Source of the DNA: an uncultured Chloroflexia bacterium
GTDB taxonomy: Bacteria; Chloroflexota; Limnocylindria; Limnocylindrales; CSP1-4
Assembly (NCBI GenBank): GCA_963746845.1
Contig: CAVVCZ010000001.1
Coordinates: 324,635-388,634 of the forward strand
DNA length: 64,000 nt
Direction: 5' to 3'
In this document: positions 28,154-38,409 of the stretch, one piece after another
Position numbering within the stretch: position 1 is the stretch's first letter
Layout: every line of letters starts with the position of its first letter
Made by a program: the position numbers and the translations under genes
Notes under the pieces: generated by a model
Database searches by the model: none
What the model was told of the DNA's origin: nothing
The model's input: the letters and a program-made list of their open reading frames with translations, nothing else

Positions 28154-29305
28154 TCAGCCGAGGACGGCGCGCACGGCGCCGTCCAGATCGGCCCACAGGT
28201 CCTCGACGTTCTCGATGCCGACCGACAGGCGGCAGAGGGTCGGGCCGACGATGGTGGCGTCGCCGGCGTACCGCGCCCGGCGCTCGATCAGGGACTCGAC
28301 GCCGCCGAGGCTCGTGGCGTGAGTCACGAGGCGCAGCCGCGCCAGGAACGCCTCGGTCTGCTCGACCGTGCCGGCGACCTCGAACGACAGCATCGACCCC
28401 GACCCGTTGGGCAGCACGCGCGAGGCGCGCTCGTGCTGGGGATCGCCGGGCAGACCCGGATAGTGGACCCGCGCCACGTGTGGATGCGCCGCCAGGCGGC
28501 GGGCGAGCTCCGCGGCCGACGCCTCGGCCCGGTCGAGCCGGACGGCGAGGGTCCGCAGGCCCCGCAACGCGAGGAAGGCGTCGAAGGCGCTCGGGATCGA
28601 TCCATGGTCATGGCGGTACGTCGCCAGGAACGCCGCGTGCGCCGACTCCCTGCAGACCGCGGCACCGAGCAGGAGGTCCGAGTGCCCGGCGATCAGCTTC
28701 GAGGCGGCATGCAGGACGATGTCGGCGCCGAGATCGAGCGGACGCTGGCGGAGCGGCGTCGCGAATGTCGCGTCGACCACGGTGATCGCGCCGCGCTCCC
28801 GTGCGCCGGTCGCGATCGCATGGACGTCGGCGACCACGATCAGCGGGTTGGCGATCGACTCCACCCAGACCATGTCGGCGCCGGCGGCGGCCGCAAGGAC
28901 GGCCTCAGTGTCGTCGGCCGGGACCGGGCGAAGGGTGAGCCGGCCATCCGTCTGCAGCCCGTCGAAGATGTTCCGGACACCGTGATACGTCACCGACGAC
29001 AGCACCACGGTCCCGCTCGGCGGGACCAGGGCGGCGATCGCGGTGGCCGCGGCCAGACCGGAGGCGAACGTCACCGCTCGACCACCGTCAAGTGCGCCGA
29101 GCGCCGCCTCGAGCGCGCTCCACGTGGCGTTGCCGTCGCGCCCGTACTCGATGCCCGCGTCGTGGACGTAGGTCGAGCTCAGGGTGATCGGCGGGTTCAT
29201 GGGAGCGCCCGCCGTACGCGCGGGCCGGCCGGCCTGCACGGCGACGGTGTCGGCCGACCACGTGAGGTCTAGGTCCACGTGTGCGGGATCCGACGACTCG
29301 GTCAT
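28154..29305 (-). CDS. cystathionine gamma-synthase/lyase family PLP enzyme
   Basis: YGRDGN, FASGLAA, VDATFATP, ASKLIAGHSD, SLGGVESL and RLSVGIE. Confidence 0.9.
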   Translation of the reverse strand: MTESSDPAHVDLDLTWSADTVAVQAGRPARTAGAPMNPPITLSSTYVHDAGIEYGRDGNATWSALEAALGALDGGRAVTFASGLAAATAIAALVPPSGTVVLSSVTYHGVRNIFDGLQTDGRLTLRPVPADDTEAVLAAAAGADMVWVESIANPLIVVADVHAIATGARERGAITVVDATFATPLRQRPLDLGADIVLHAASKLIAGHSDLLLGAAVCRESAHAAFLATYRHDHGSIPSAFDAFLALRGLRTLAVRLDRAEASAAELARRLAAHPHVARVHYPGLPGDPQHERASRVLPNGSGSMLSFEVAGTVEQTEAFLARLRLVTHATSLGGVESLIERRARYAGDATIVGPTLCRLSVGIENVEDLWADLDGAVRAVLG

Positions 29306-29321
29306 GCCCGGGGCCGGCCGA

Positions 29322-29705
29322 TCAGTCCGGCATCGGCTTCGGCTGCCACAGCTCGATCTTCGTCCCTTCCGGGTCGAGGAGGTGAGCGAAGCGGCCGTTG
29401 GGCTCGTCGGGGAGAACGGTCGCCTCCACCCCGTGCGATGCGCAGCTCGTCAGGATGCCGTCGAGATCGTCGACCGCGAGATTGATCATGAAGTCCCTGG
29501 TCGAGGGCGCGAAGTAGGTCGTGTCGGCCTCGAACGCGCTGAACACGGTGGCCGCGCCCGGCTGGCCGGCCATCGCCTCGGGCCGGAAGATCACGCCGCC
29601 CCAGTCCTGCAGTTCGAGGCCGATCACGTCGCGGTACCAACTGACGAGCGTGGCCGGATCCTTCGCCTTGAAGAACACGCCGCCGACCCCGAGGACTCTG
29701 GCCAT
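29322..29705 (-). CDS. VOC/glyoxalase family protein
   Basis: MARVLGVGGVFFKAKDP...DPEGTKIELWQP, with an AGGAGG RBS. Confidence 0.9.
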   Translation of the reverse strand: MARVLGVGGVFFKAKDPATLVSWYRDVIGLELQDWGGVIFRPEAMAGQPGAATVFSAFEADTTYFAPSTRDFMINLAVDDLDGILTSCASHGVEATVLPDEPNGRFAHLLDPEGTKIELWQPKPMPD

Positions 29706-29793
29706 CTGACCCTCCTGACCGCCTGACCATACGCCAGCGAGGTGGCATTGAGAGGACGAGCCTATCGTCGGCGGAGGATCGCTCCGTCCAGGC

Positions 29794-30030
29794 GTGACTC
29801 GTAGCGTTCCCCTCGTTGGAATGGCCGTCGTCGGCCTGGCGGCGATCGCCGGCGGTCCGATCGGCATCGCCGCCCACCGGCTGCCCCAACCAGATGCAAC
29901 GCTGAGCGGGATCCTGCTGGCGGTCGCTGTCGGGAGCTTCGTCGCCGCGGTCGCCAACAACCTGCCGGCCGCAGCCTTCGGGGCGGTGTGGCTCGCCCGC
30001 GTCCACCCTGCGACGCTGGTCGCCAGCGTG
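29794..30030 (+). pseudogene. fragment of an ArsB/SLC13-type membrane transporter
   Basis: Hydrophobic stretch with AAVANNLPAAA; the remainder of the protein is missing. Confidence 0.4.
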
Positions 30031-30147
30031 GCGCTATTCCGACAGGCGAACGGTGCGGCAGGTTGCGAGCCGACTGGTGTCGATCCCGCGTTCAGTGCAG
30101 ATCCGGGACGCGGCGCCGTGTCTGCGGACCGCGTCCCGGTGCGGAGG

Positions 30148-31332
30148 TCAGTGGTGGCTCTTGTTGTATGCCGCCAGACCCGACCAGTCGCCCCGACTGG
30201 CGTACGAAGCCTGGGTCGGCCAGGAGTCGATGCTCGCCGGGGGCAGGGCGCCGCCGGTGGCGATGATCTGGCGCAGGTCGCCGCCGTTCGAATGCTCGAC
30301 CTGGGCGTAGCTGGTGATCCCGCCGTCGTTGAGGATCGACGCGATCCGGGGCCCGATGCCGTTCAGCTGGGTCAGGTCATCTGACGGCTCGGCGACGGCC
30401 ACCGCCGCCTTCTGTGGGGCGGGTCGGGACTTGGCCGCCTGGTTGTTGTACTTCATCAGGCCCCGCCAGTCGCCCTGGGACGCAAGGCTGGCCTGCATGG
30501 GCCAGGTCCCCACGTTCGCCGGTGGCGCCATGTCGGCATCGTGCAATGCACGTCGCACCTGCGGCTCGTTGAGCTCGGACAGCGCCGCATAGCTGGTGAC
30601 CCCGGCCGCGGCGAGCGCCGCCGCCGCCTTGGGCCCGACCCCCACCAGCTGGGTCAGGTCATCAGCCTTGGTCTCGGGGGCCGCGACCGCCGCGACGGCC
30701 GCCACCGCGGCGGCTTCCTCCACCGGCGCGGCGGCCTCTGCCGGCGCCTCCTCGACCTCGAGCTCGTAGTCCGCGACGACCTCTTCGCCACCCAGCGCCT
30801 CGACGGCAGGCTCCACCAGGGCCTGCAGCGCCGCGGCCTTGTCGGCCGGCAGCGTGCTGTTGAACAGGAGGGCATGCTCGTCGGTGATCGCCTGCTCGAT
30901 GAGCCCGATCGAGTGTTCCCAGCTGCCCTCGTACAGCACGAACAGGGCGCTCTTCTTCTTCTCGATCTCCTTCGAGACGGAGCGCATGAACTTGTCGTCG
31001 ATCCCGGTGTCGTGGATTCCGCCGCGCAGGCCGCCGAGGATGCCGCCGGCTGCGCCCATGGCGACCGCACCTGCGGGCCCGGCGACGATCGCCCCGACCA
31101 CCACCCCGAGGGTGCCGATCCGGACGCCGGTCTTGAGCGCGCCGCGATCGGTCGTCTGGTGGACGCTGATCCGACCGAAACGGCCACGGTCCACGACCGC
31201 GGCATCGACGATCTGCACGTTGTCGTTGGCCGCGTCGACGCGCTCGATCGCCTTGAGAAGCCGCCGCGCGGAGTCACCGCTGTCGACCGTGAATGCCGCC
31301 AGTGTCGTGTGAGCCTGCCCGTTGTCGCCCAT
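30148..31332 (-). CDS. DUF1269 domain fused to two helix-hairpin-helix (DUF4332-like) repeats
   Basis: N-terminal IVDAAVV / DTGIDDKFM, then two repeats DDLTQL.G.GP...WP.QA..AS.GDW.GL. Confidence 0.75.
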   Translation of the reverse strand: MGDNGQAHTTLAAFTVDSGDSARRLLKAIERVDAANDNVQIVDAAVVDRGRFGRISVHQTTDRGALKTGVRIGTLGVVVGAIVAGPAGAVAMGAAGGILGGLRGGIHDTGIDDKFMRSVSKEIEKKKSALFVLYEGSWEHSIGLIEQAITDEHALLFNSTLPADKAAALQALVEPAVEALGGEEVVADYELEVEEAPAEAAAPVEEAAAVAAVAAVAAPETKADDLTQLVGVGPKAAAALAAAGVTSYAALSELNEPQVRRALHDADMAPPANVGTWPMQASLASQGDWRGLMKYNNQAAKSRPAPQKAAVAVAEPSDDLTQLNGIGPRIASILNDGGITSYAQVEHSNGGDLRQIIATGGALPPASIDSWPTQASYASRGDWSGLAAYNKSHH

Positions 31333-31700
31333 GGATCCTCGTCTCCTTGGTCTGTCGTTCATGGCTCGGCGAGCGTGGCGCTCGCCGGCACTCAAAGCCG
31401 CAACCCGGGACGAGGGAAACCGTGGTTTGCACGTTGACCCGGTCCCCCGGCCAGGGCGGCGCACCGATCTTCGACGACCCGCCCTGCGCCGAAGCGGGGC
31501 CGTTTCTCTGGACCTGCGCTCGCGCACCTCCCCTTGAGGCGGCCCTGGATGTCGCGGCCGCCGCAGCAGCCCGCGCCGTGGTCCTCCACCGGACCACGGA
31601 TGGTACGCGCATCCTTAGCGGCTGGCAGGCCGATTGTCGAGTGGGTGGGCACGTCGCCGAGGGTGTCGTGATCACCGCCTGGCCCGATCACGGACGGAGG

Positions 31701-32216
31701 TCAGGACCCTCTCGCGTTCGCGCCCAGGGTGACGAGAAGCTCGTCCAGTTGCTCGAACGTCTCTCCCATCGCATCCGCGGCCCCGGTGCCGGCGGCGTCG
31801 AGTGCTTCCTTCGAGGGATAGAGCTCGCGCATGACCAGCAACGTCTTGCCGCCTTGTTCCGCGAAGGTCACGGTCGTGACCGAACCCTCGTCACTTTCCT
31901 CATTGGTCCAGACGAGGCGCGAGTGCGGTGTTACGTCGTTGTACGTGCCGAAGAACGCCGCCTGTGAGTCGCCGTGTGCGAACTCCAAACGGTAGCTGCC
32001 CCCGACACGAACATCCATTTCGCAGGAAAGCAGGGACATTCCCAGCGACTTCGGCACCCACCACTGCCTGAACAGCTCGGGCCTGGTCCACGCCTCGAAC
32101 ACGAGGCGCGCCGGGCCGTCGACCGTTCGCGTGACGACGAGCTCGCGCTCGGACGTCCGTTCCACCGTCGTACGGTTCTTCATGGCGGTCGGCTCACTCT
32201 CTCTCGTTGCGTCCAT
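31701..32216 (-). CDS. SRPBCC/AHSA1 domain protein
   Basis: ELVVTR..PARLVFEAWT..WW..DVRVGGSY. Coupled to the ArsR gene. Confidence 0.88.
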   Translation of the reverse strand: MDATRESEPTAMKNRTTVERTSERELVVTRTVDGPARLVFEAWTRPELFRQWWVPKSLGMSLLSCEMDVRVGGSYRLEFAHGDSQAAFFGTYNDVTPHSRLVWTNEESDEGSVTTVTFAEQGGKTLLVMRELYPSKEALDAAGTGAADAMGETFEQLDELLVTLGANARGS

Positions 32217-32559
32217 CGACCTTCTCCTTCCGATTCAGTTCCTCGACAACCTTGTCCAACTCGTCGAGGCGTGAGTCCCAGAGCTGGCGGTACCGCTCGA
32301 TCCATGCCGTCTCTTCTTCGAGTCGGCGCGGGCCGAGACGGCACGTCCGCACGCGCCCGACCTTCTCCGTGGTGACGAGCTCGGCCTGCTCCAGGACGCC
32401 GACGTGCTTCCTCATGCCCGTGAGGGTCATGTGGAACGTCTGGGCCAGATCCGTGATCGAAGCATCGGCACGTCCGAGCTGTTCCAGAACGCCGCGTCGG
32501 GTGGTGTCCGAGAGCGCGGCGAAAGAGCCATCGAGTCGGCCGATCGGATAGTGAACCAT
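32194..32559 (-). CDS. ArsR family transcriptional regulator
   Basis: FAALSDTTRRGVL, KHVGVLEQAELV, GRVRTC. Confidence 0.88.
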   Translation of the reverse strand: MVHYPIGRLDGSFAALSDTTRRGVLEQLGRADASITDLAQTFHMTLTGMRKHVGVLEQAELVTTEKVGRVRTCRLGPRRLEEETAWIERYRQLWDSRLDELDKVVEELNRKEKVDGRNERE

Positions 32560-32571
32560 ATGGTTCACTAT
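32548..32571. promoter_or_regulatory. 24-bp perfect palindrome over the ArsR start codon (autoregulatory operator)
   Basis: atagtgaaccatatggttcactat is fully self-complementary. Confidence 0.8.
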
Positions 32572-32872
32572 GCGCCAACGAATCGGCGATTGCAAGGGGG
32601 CTCCCCTGGAGGTCGTGGCCCACAGATCCGAGCCCGAATCGCGCCCGAGCGCACCGATCCCGCCACGACGGGAGCGCGACGCGCCTCCGACCACAGACTC
32701 GCCCGTGCACAAGGGGGGTCCCGTGGGTCACCGAACCCGGAAGATCATGACTGGCCGCGCACATGCGCGGCACCGAGCTCGTCGTGACCCATGCGCTGGG
32801 ACACGGCAGTTCCGATGATCCCCGCTCAGGCTGGCCGAGGCGCACGACCGACGGTATCGGTCGCCGTGTCGA

Positions 32873-34747
32873 TCAGGCTTCGTCCTGCAGCGCTGGTAGC
32901 ACCGAGACTTCAACCCCCGACGGTTGCGTCCGGCACCGCATGACACGCTGCGTCGCAGCCCGGAAATCCTCGGGCTTGGCGGTTGGGATGTTCACGAAGG
33001 TCTGCGGATTTCGATCCACCAGTGGGAACCACGTGCTCTGCACATGCACCATGACCCGATGGCCGCGTCGGAACACGTGGTTGACGTCGGGCATCGTGAA
33101 GGTCACGGCCTCGACGACGCCGGGGACGAACGGCTCGGGCTGCTGGAAGCTCCGACGGAACTTGCCGCGGAACGGTTCGCCTCGCACGAGCTGCTGGTAC
33201 CCCGCAAGCGTCACCGTCGGCGGCCCCACGTCCCGATCGCCGTCTGCTCCGCCCTTGGCCACCGGCGTGCTGCGGTTCGGCGGATAGACGTCGATCAGCT
33301 TCACGATCCAGTCGGAATCGGTCCCCGTTGTTGCCACGAACAACTTCGGCGAGACCGGCCCGGCCAGCGTAAGGTCCTCCTCGAGCGGCTCCGTCACGTA
33401 GACGACCACATCCGGCCGCGTCGCGGCGAACCGCTGGTCGGAGACCATGTATTCGTCGGGCATCACCTGGGCCGTGTAGCCAACCCACGGCACGGGCTTG
33501 GCTGGATCGCTCACGTAGGAATCGCTCGCGTCCGCGTCGTCCGGCGGCTCGAACGACAGCCCGCCAGCTTCCCGGAAATAGAGGATCCGGGGTTCCGCCT
33601 CGGGGGGCGGCCACGCTGAGTATTGGCGCCAGATGTTCGTGCCGGTCTCGAAGACGTAGGCCTCCGGCAACGCCGGGTCGGGCCCGTCCTTGAGGTGGAA
33701 GTCGAAGAACGGGAGCAGGATGTGCTCGCGGCAGAAGGCTGCGGTGTCCGACGCGAAGTCGACGCTCCCGAGGTGCCGGCCGTCGGTGTACGCCCAGCCG
33801 CCGTGGACCCAGGGTCCGACGACGAGGCTGGTGGCAAGGCCGGGGTTCTCGCGCTTGAGCGCTTGGTGGACCCGGAACGGTCCCATCAGGTCCTCGGCGT
33901 CGAACCAGCCGCCGACGGTGAGGACTGGGCACCGGACGTCCTTCAGGTGCCGCCAGATCGCGCGCGACTGCCAGAACTCGTCATTTGTCGGGTGGGCGAG
34001 GAGCTCGTCCCAAGTGGGATTTCCGGTTCCGAGCTCAGCCGTCAGGTTGGCGATCGGGCCGGCCCGGAGGTAGAACTCGTAGCCATCCTCCGTGCCGTAA
34101 TCGAAGGGGACCGTGGTCTTGGCTGGCGGCGTCGGCTCAGATTGGGGCTGGTAGACCGATACCGAGTTGAAGGCGTGCGCGAGCATGAACGCGCCGCCGT
34201 GGTACCAGTCGTCATCCAGGAACAGGTCGGCCACCGGCGCCTGCGGCGAAGCTGCCCGAATGGCCGGATGCGTGTCGATCATCCCCGCCGCCGTGAAGAA
34301 CCCCCCATACGAGATGCCGAAGAGGCCCACGCGGCTGTTGTGGTTGGGCACGTGTCGCAGCAGCCACTCGACCGTGTCCCACGTGTCGGACTGCTCGTCG
34401 ACATCGGCCGATCTGGGCTTCTCCGGACGATGCGGGGTCACGTGGGTGAACGTGCCCTCCGACATCAGCCGCCCGCGGACATCTTGCCGCACGAAGATGT
34501 AGCCGGCGCGCAGGAGCGCCTCGGTCTGGAGGCTGAAGGCGCCCTGCTCGTCGACGCCGTACGGGCCGACGCCGAACGGCGTCCGGGTGAGCAGGATCGG
34601 GTATGTCGTGGAGGTGTCCTTGGGCACGAGCACCGAAGTAAAGAGCCGCACACCGTCGCGCATCGGGATGCGGTACTCGTACTTCGTGTAGTGCTCGCGG
34701 ACGTCGTATCCCGCGCTGTCGGCTGCGGATCCTCCAGTGGATGTCAT
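32873..34747 (-). CDS. CocE/NonD family hydrolase (glutaryl-7-ACA acylase / amino-acid ester hydrolase-like)
   Basis: IPMRDGVRL, QDVRGR, GISYGG, GGWFDAED and GPWVHG. Confidence 0.92.
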   Translation of the reverse strand: MTSTGGSAADSAGYDVREHYTKYEYRIPMRDGVRLFTSVLVPKDTSTTYPILLTRTPFGVGPYGVDEQGAFSLQTEALLRAGYIFVRQDVRGRLMSEGTFTHVTPHRPEKPRSADVDEQSDTWDTVEWLLRHVPNHNSRVGLFGISYGGFFTAAGMIDTHPAIRAASPQAPVADLFLDDDWYHGGAFMLAHAFNSVSVYQPQSEPTPPAKTTVPFDYGTEDGYEFYLRAGPIANLTAELGTGNPTWDELLAHPTNDEFWQSRAIWRHLKDVRCPVLTVGGWFDAEDLMGPFRVHQALKRENPGLATSLVVGPWVHGGWAYTDGRHLGSVDFASDTAAFCREHILLPFFDFHLKDGPDPALPEAYVFETGTNIWRQYSAWPPPEAEPRILYFREAGGLSFEPPDDADASDSYVSDPAKPVPWVGYTAQVMPDEYMVSDQRFAATRPDVVVYVTEPLEEDLTLAGPVSPKLFVATTGTDSDWIVKLIDVYPPNRSTPVAKGGADGDRDVGPPTVTLAGYQQLVRGEPFRGKFRRSFQQPEPFVPGVVEAVTFTMPDVNHVFRRGHRVMVHVQSTWFPLVDRNPQTFVNIPTAKPEDFRAATQRVMRCRTQPSGVEVSVLPALQDEA

Positions 34748-34936
34748 TCGGACGAGCGCGCGCGCTCTGTCATGCGAGAGTCCTCCTAGCTCCGAACCGA
34801 AAGTGCTTCACCGCACGTGACCAGGCAACTGACATCGGATTTTCCGCGCCGCCGGCAACCAGATGGCACGAGCGCGCGCGTCCGCGACCAGCGCGATCGG
34901 CAGCGCGTGCCGTGAAGCGAGAAACTTCCCGACGTG

Positions 34937-36271
34937 ATGCCGCCCGATGTCTCCTACGCCAGAAGCGGCGACGTCGCGATCGCGTACCAGGTCGTGGGCA
35001 GCGGTCCGGTCGACATCGTGTTCGTCCGGGGGATCGCCGGCGATCTCCTCTCGACATGGGATCAACCGCTGCTCGTCCGTCACGTGCAGGGTCTCGCCGA
35101 GAGCGGCCGCGTCCTGATGCTCGACAAGCGCGGAACCGGACTGTCGGACCGCGTGCGGGAAGTGCAGTCCCTCGACACCGCCATGGACGACATCCGAGCC
35201 GTGATGGACGCAGCCGGATCGGATCGCGCGGTGCTGTGGAGCGGGGCGACGAGCACCGGGTTGGCCGTTCTTTTCGCGGCGACCTACCCGGACCGCTGTG
35301 CCGGTCTAGTGCTCTTCGATCCGCGGATCAAGGGAACGCGTGCGGACGACTACACGTGGGCGGACACACCCGAGCAGTGGCGCAGTCGGCTCGCTGACGT
35401 ACGGGCCGGCTGGGGAGCCCGAGATTACCTTGAGCGGCTCGCGGCGGAGTGGGCTCCGGAGGTAGCCGAAGACGACGCATTCCGAGACTGGTTCGTGTGG
35501 CACATGCGGCGCAGCCTCAGCCCGGGAGCGGCGTTGACGTCGTTCCGAACGGCGATGGACCTCGACGTCAGCGATGTCCTCGCGGCGGTTCGCGTCCCGA
35601 CCCTCGTGATGCCACGACCCGCGAATCCTGGCCCTGGGCAGTTCATCGCTGAGCGGATCCGAAGCGCCGAAGTCGTCGAGCTGCCGCCACTCCGCGGTCT
35701 CTACACGTGGGTCGACGACGACGTCCACCGGGCGACCATGGCCGCGACGGCGCGCTTTGTCGCGAAGGTGACCAACCTCGTAACCCCTGATCGGGTCCTG
35801 GCAACCGTTCTGTTCACGGACATCGTCGGGTCGACGGAACTTGCCGGCAAGCTGGGCGATGCCGCGTGGCGGGACCTCGTCGGCCGCCACCATTCGATCG
35901 TCCGGCGTGAGCTGGCGCGTTATCACGGCCGCGAGCTGGACACCGCGGGCGACGGGTTCTTTGCGGTCTTCGATGGCCCGGCCCGAGCCGTCCAGGCTGC
36001 TGCCGCGATCCGCGATCAACTCCGCGTCATCGGCATCGACGTCCGAGCCGGCTTGCACACCGGCGAATTCGAGATCGGCGACGGCAAGGTTGTGGGGATC
36101 GGGGTGTCGATCGGCGCACGGATCTCGGCGCTGGCGGGACCAGGCGAAGTATTGGTATCGAGCACAGTCAAGGACCTCGTTGCCGGTTCCGGCCTGCAAT
36201 TCGAAGACCGCGGCGAGCACGTGCTCAAGGGCATCGATGAGCCGTGGCGAGTGCTTGCCCTGAGAACTTGA
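34937..36271 (+). CDS. alpha/beta-hydrolase + class III adenylate cyclase fusion (LipJ-like)
   Basis: YARSGDVAIAY, DKRGTGLSDR, LFTDIVGST, AGDGFFA and GLHTGE. Confidence 0.9.
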   Translation: MPPDVSYARSGDVAIAYQVVGSGPVDIVFVRGIAGDLLSTWDQPLLVRHVQGLAESGRVLMLDKRGTGLSDRVREVQSLDTAMDDIRAVMDAAGSDRAVLWSGATSTGLAVLFAATYPDRCAGLVLFDPRIKGTRADDYTWADTPEQWRSRLADVRAGWGARDYLERLAAEWAPEVAEDDAFRDWFVWHMRRSLSPGAALTSFRTAMDLDVSDVLAAVRVPTLVMPRPANPGPGQFIAERIRSAEVVELPPLRGLYTWVDDDVHRATMAATARFVAKVTNLVTPDRVLATVLFTDIVGSTELAGKLGDAAWRDLVGRHHSIVRRELARYHGRELDTAGDGFFAVFDGPARAVQAAAAIRDQLRVIGIDVRAGLHTGEFEIGDGKVVGIGVSIGARISALAGPGEVLVSSTVKDLVAGSGLQFEDRGEHVLKGIDEPWRVLALRT

Positions 36272-36331
36272 TCGGTCAATCGGGCGTATAGACCGCTACC
36301 CGCAGGGTCGCTGGCTGCTGGGCTCGGCTCC

Positions 36332-37105
36332 TCACGCTCCGGAGTTGAACAGGCGGCCGATGAAGAAGCCGAGCGCCGCGGCGCCGAGGCCGATGGCCAC
36401 GAACTTCAGGCCGCTTTTGCGCCAGTCGCCCACCAAGGTCAGCGCGGAGTACGCGCCGACCCCGAACAGGGCGAGGGCGCTGAACACGATCGCCACGACC
36501 AGCGCCGGCGTCCGAGGCAGGAAGAGGAACGGCACAAGCGGGATCAGGTGTCCGATAAACGTCGCGATCCCGACGACGGCCGCAGTTCGACGGATGTCGC
36601 GCGATTGGACGGGCTGCAGATGGAGTTCTTCGTCCATCATCGTCGCCAACCAGGTGGCACGGTTGGCGGTGATGGTGTCGACCACGTCGTCGAGCAACGT
36701 CCCGCTGAAGCCCTTGGCCGCATAGATCTCGCGGACTTCCTGCCGCTCCGCGTCGGGCGTCGCTGCGATTTCCGTCGCCTCACGCGCCTGCTCAGCCTCG
36801 TAGTAGTCACGCTCGGAGATCGAGGACGTGTAGCCGACCGCTCCCATCGAGATCGATTCGGTGATCGCGGCCGCGAAACCGGCCACGATGAGGACGGTGT
36901 CCGAGCCACCTCCGGCGATCACGCCGAGGATGATGCCGAGGATATTGACGAGGCCATCCTGGCCGCCGAGGATCACGGCCCGCAGCCAGTTGCCGGCTCG
37001 ATGATTCTCGCGATGTTGCCCTGCGGTCACGGCGGCGCCATCCGTGGTGGCCCGCACGGCGCGACCCAGTCGGGTCGCTGCTCGGCCGTCAGCGTCGGCG
37101 ATCAT
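36332..37105 (-). CDS. VIT1/CCC1 family iron/manganese transporter
   Basis: LRAVILGGQDGLV, SMGAVGY and MMDEEL. Confidence 0.9.
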   Translation of the reverse strand: MIADADGRAATRLGRAVRATTDGAAVTAGQHRENHRAGNWLRAVILGGQDGLVNILGIILGVIAGGGSDTVLIVAGFAAAITESISMGAVGYTSSISERDYYEAEQAREATEIAATPDAERQEVREIYAAKGFSGTLLDDVVDTITANRATWLATMMDEELHLQPVQSRDIRRTAAVVGIATFIGHLIPLVPFLFLPRTPALVVAIVFSALALFGVGAYSALTLVGDWRKSGLKFVAIGLGAAALGFFIGRLFNSGA

Positions 37106-37159
37106 TCGTCCACCTCGCTGTTCATCTGCCGCGATCCGGAGTGGCAGAAGTCAGAGGGT

Positions 37160-38212
37160 CTAGGCGTTGCTCGACGGCGCCCACAGATTGACGTCGCCCT
37201 CGACGGCGAAACGATCGATCTCCGCGAGTTCGGCAGGCTCGAAGGCGAGGTGCTCGAGCGCCGCGAGATTGTCGTCGAGCTGCGCGACGGAGCTCGCCCC
37301 GACGAGCGCAGAGGCCACCCGCGGATCGCGTACCGTCCATGCGAGAGCCATCTGGGCGAGGCTCTGGCCCCGTCGCTGGGCGATCTCGTTGAGGCCGCGG
37401 ACGTTGGCGAGGTTCGCGTCGGTCAGCAGATCCTTGTTGAACGAGCCGCCGCGCGTCGCGCGCGAGCCTTCTGGTACGCCACCGAGGTAGCGGTCGGTGA
37501 GCAGGCCCTGCGCGAGGGGCGAGAACGCGATCGCGCCGATCTGCTCCTCGGCCAACACGTCGAGCAGCTCGGCCTCGATCCAGCGGTTCAACATCGAGTA
37601 GGAGGGCTGATGGATGAGCAGCGGCGTGCCGAGCCCCCGCAGGATCGCGGCGGCCTCGCGCGTCCGCCTCGCCGAATAGGAGGAGATGCCCGCATAGAGG
37701 GCCTTGCCCTGCCGGACGGCGGTGTCGAGGGCTCCCATTGTCTCTTCCAGGCGAGTGTCGGGGTCGAAGCGGTGCGAGTAGAAGATGTCGACATAGTCGA
37801 GACCCAGCCGGCCGAGGCTCTGGTCGAGGCTGGCGAGCAGGTACTTGCGCGATCCATGGTCGCCGTACGGACCTGGCCACATGTCGTAGCCGGCCTTGGT
37901 CGAGATGACCAGCTCGTCGCGATGGCTCCGCAGGTCGGACCCGAGGATCCGTCCGAAGTTCGCCTCTGCCGAGCCGTATGGCGGGCCGTAGTTATTGGCC
38001 AGGTCGAAGTGGGTGACACCGCGGTCGAACGCCCGGCGCACGATGGCCCGCTGGGTGGCCAGCGCCCGGTCGTCGCCGAAGTTCTGCCAGAGGCCGAGGG
38101 AGATCGCGGGCAGGTGGAGGCCACTCGAGCCGAGCCGCCGATAGGCCATCGCGTCGTAGCGATCCGGGGCCGCGATGTGCGGCGATGTCATGCCACTGGT
38201 CTCTTCTTCCAT
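37160..38212 (-). CDS. L-glyceraldehyde 3-phosphate reductase-like aldo/keto reductase (YghZ/Gpr type)
   Basis: SLGLWQNFG, FDLANNYGPPYGSAE, STKAGY and YSHRFD. Confidence 0.9.
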   Translation of the reverse strand: MEEETSGMTSPHIAAPDRYDAMAYRRLGSSGLHLPAISLGLWQNFGDDRALATQRAIVRRAFDRGVTHFDLANNYGPPYGSAEANFGRILGSDLRSHRDELVISTKAGYDMWPGPYGDHGSRKYLLASLDQSLGRLGLDYVDIFYSHRFDPDTRLEETMGALDTAVRQGKALYAGISSYSARRTREAAAILRGLGTPLLIHQPSYSMLNRWIEAELLDVLAEEQIGAIAFSPLAQGLLTDRYLGGVPEGSRATRGGSFNKDLLTDANLANVRGLNEIAQRRGQSLAQMALAWTVRDPRVASALVGASSVAQLDDNLAALEHLAFEPAELAEIDRFAVEGDVNLWAPSSNA

Positions 38213-38409
38213 CTCTCGCTCCCTCCGTCCGCGCTGCCTCAACCGCCCTGGAGCTTCGTTTGGCCGACGCCGGCTGCGCTCGACCCCTCCTGGATGACGT
38301 CGTCTTGCGCACTGCCTTCGACGGGGACGTCGTCCGCCGGAAAGTAGTGGTGGATGCTCGATGGGCCGGTTGCAAGCGCGTCGACCTGTCCCTCTTTCGT
38401 GCTAGACGA

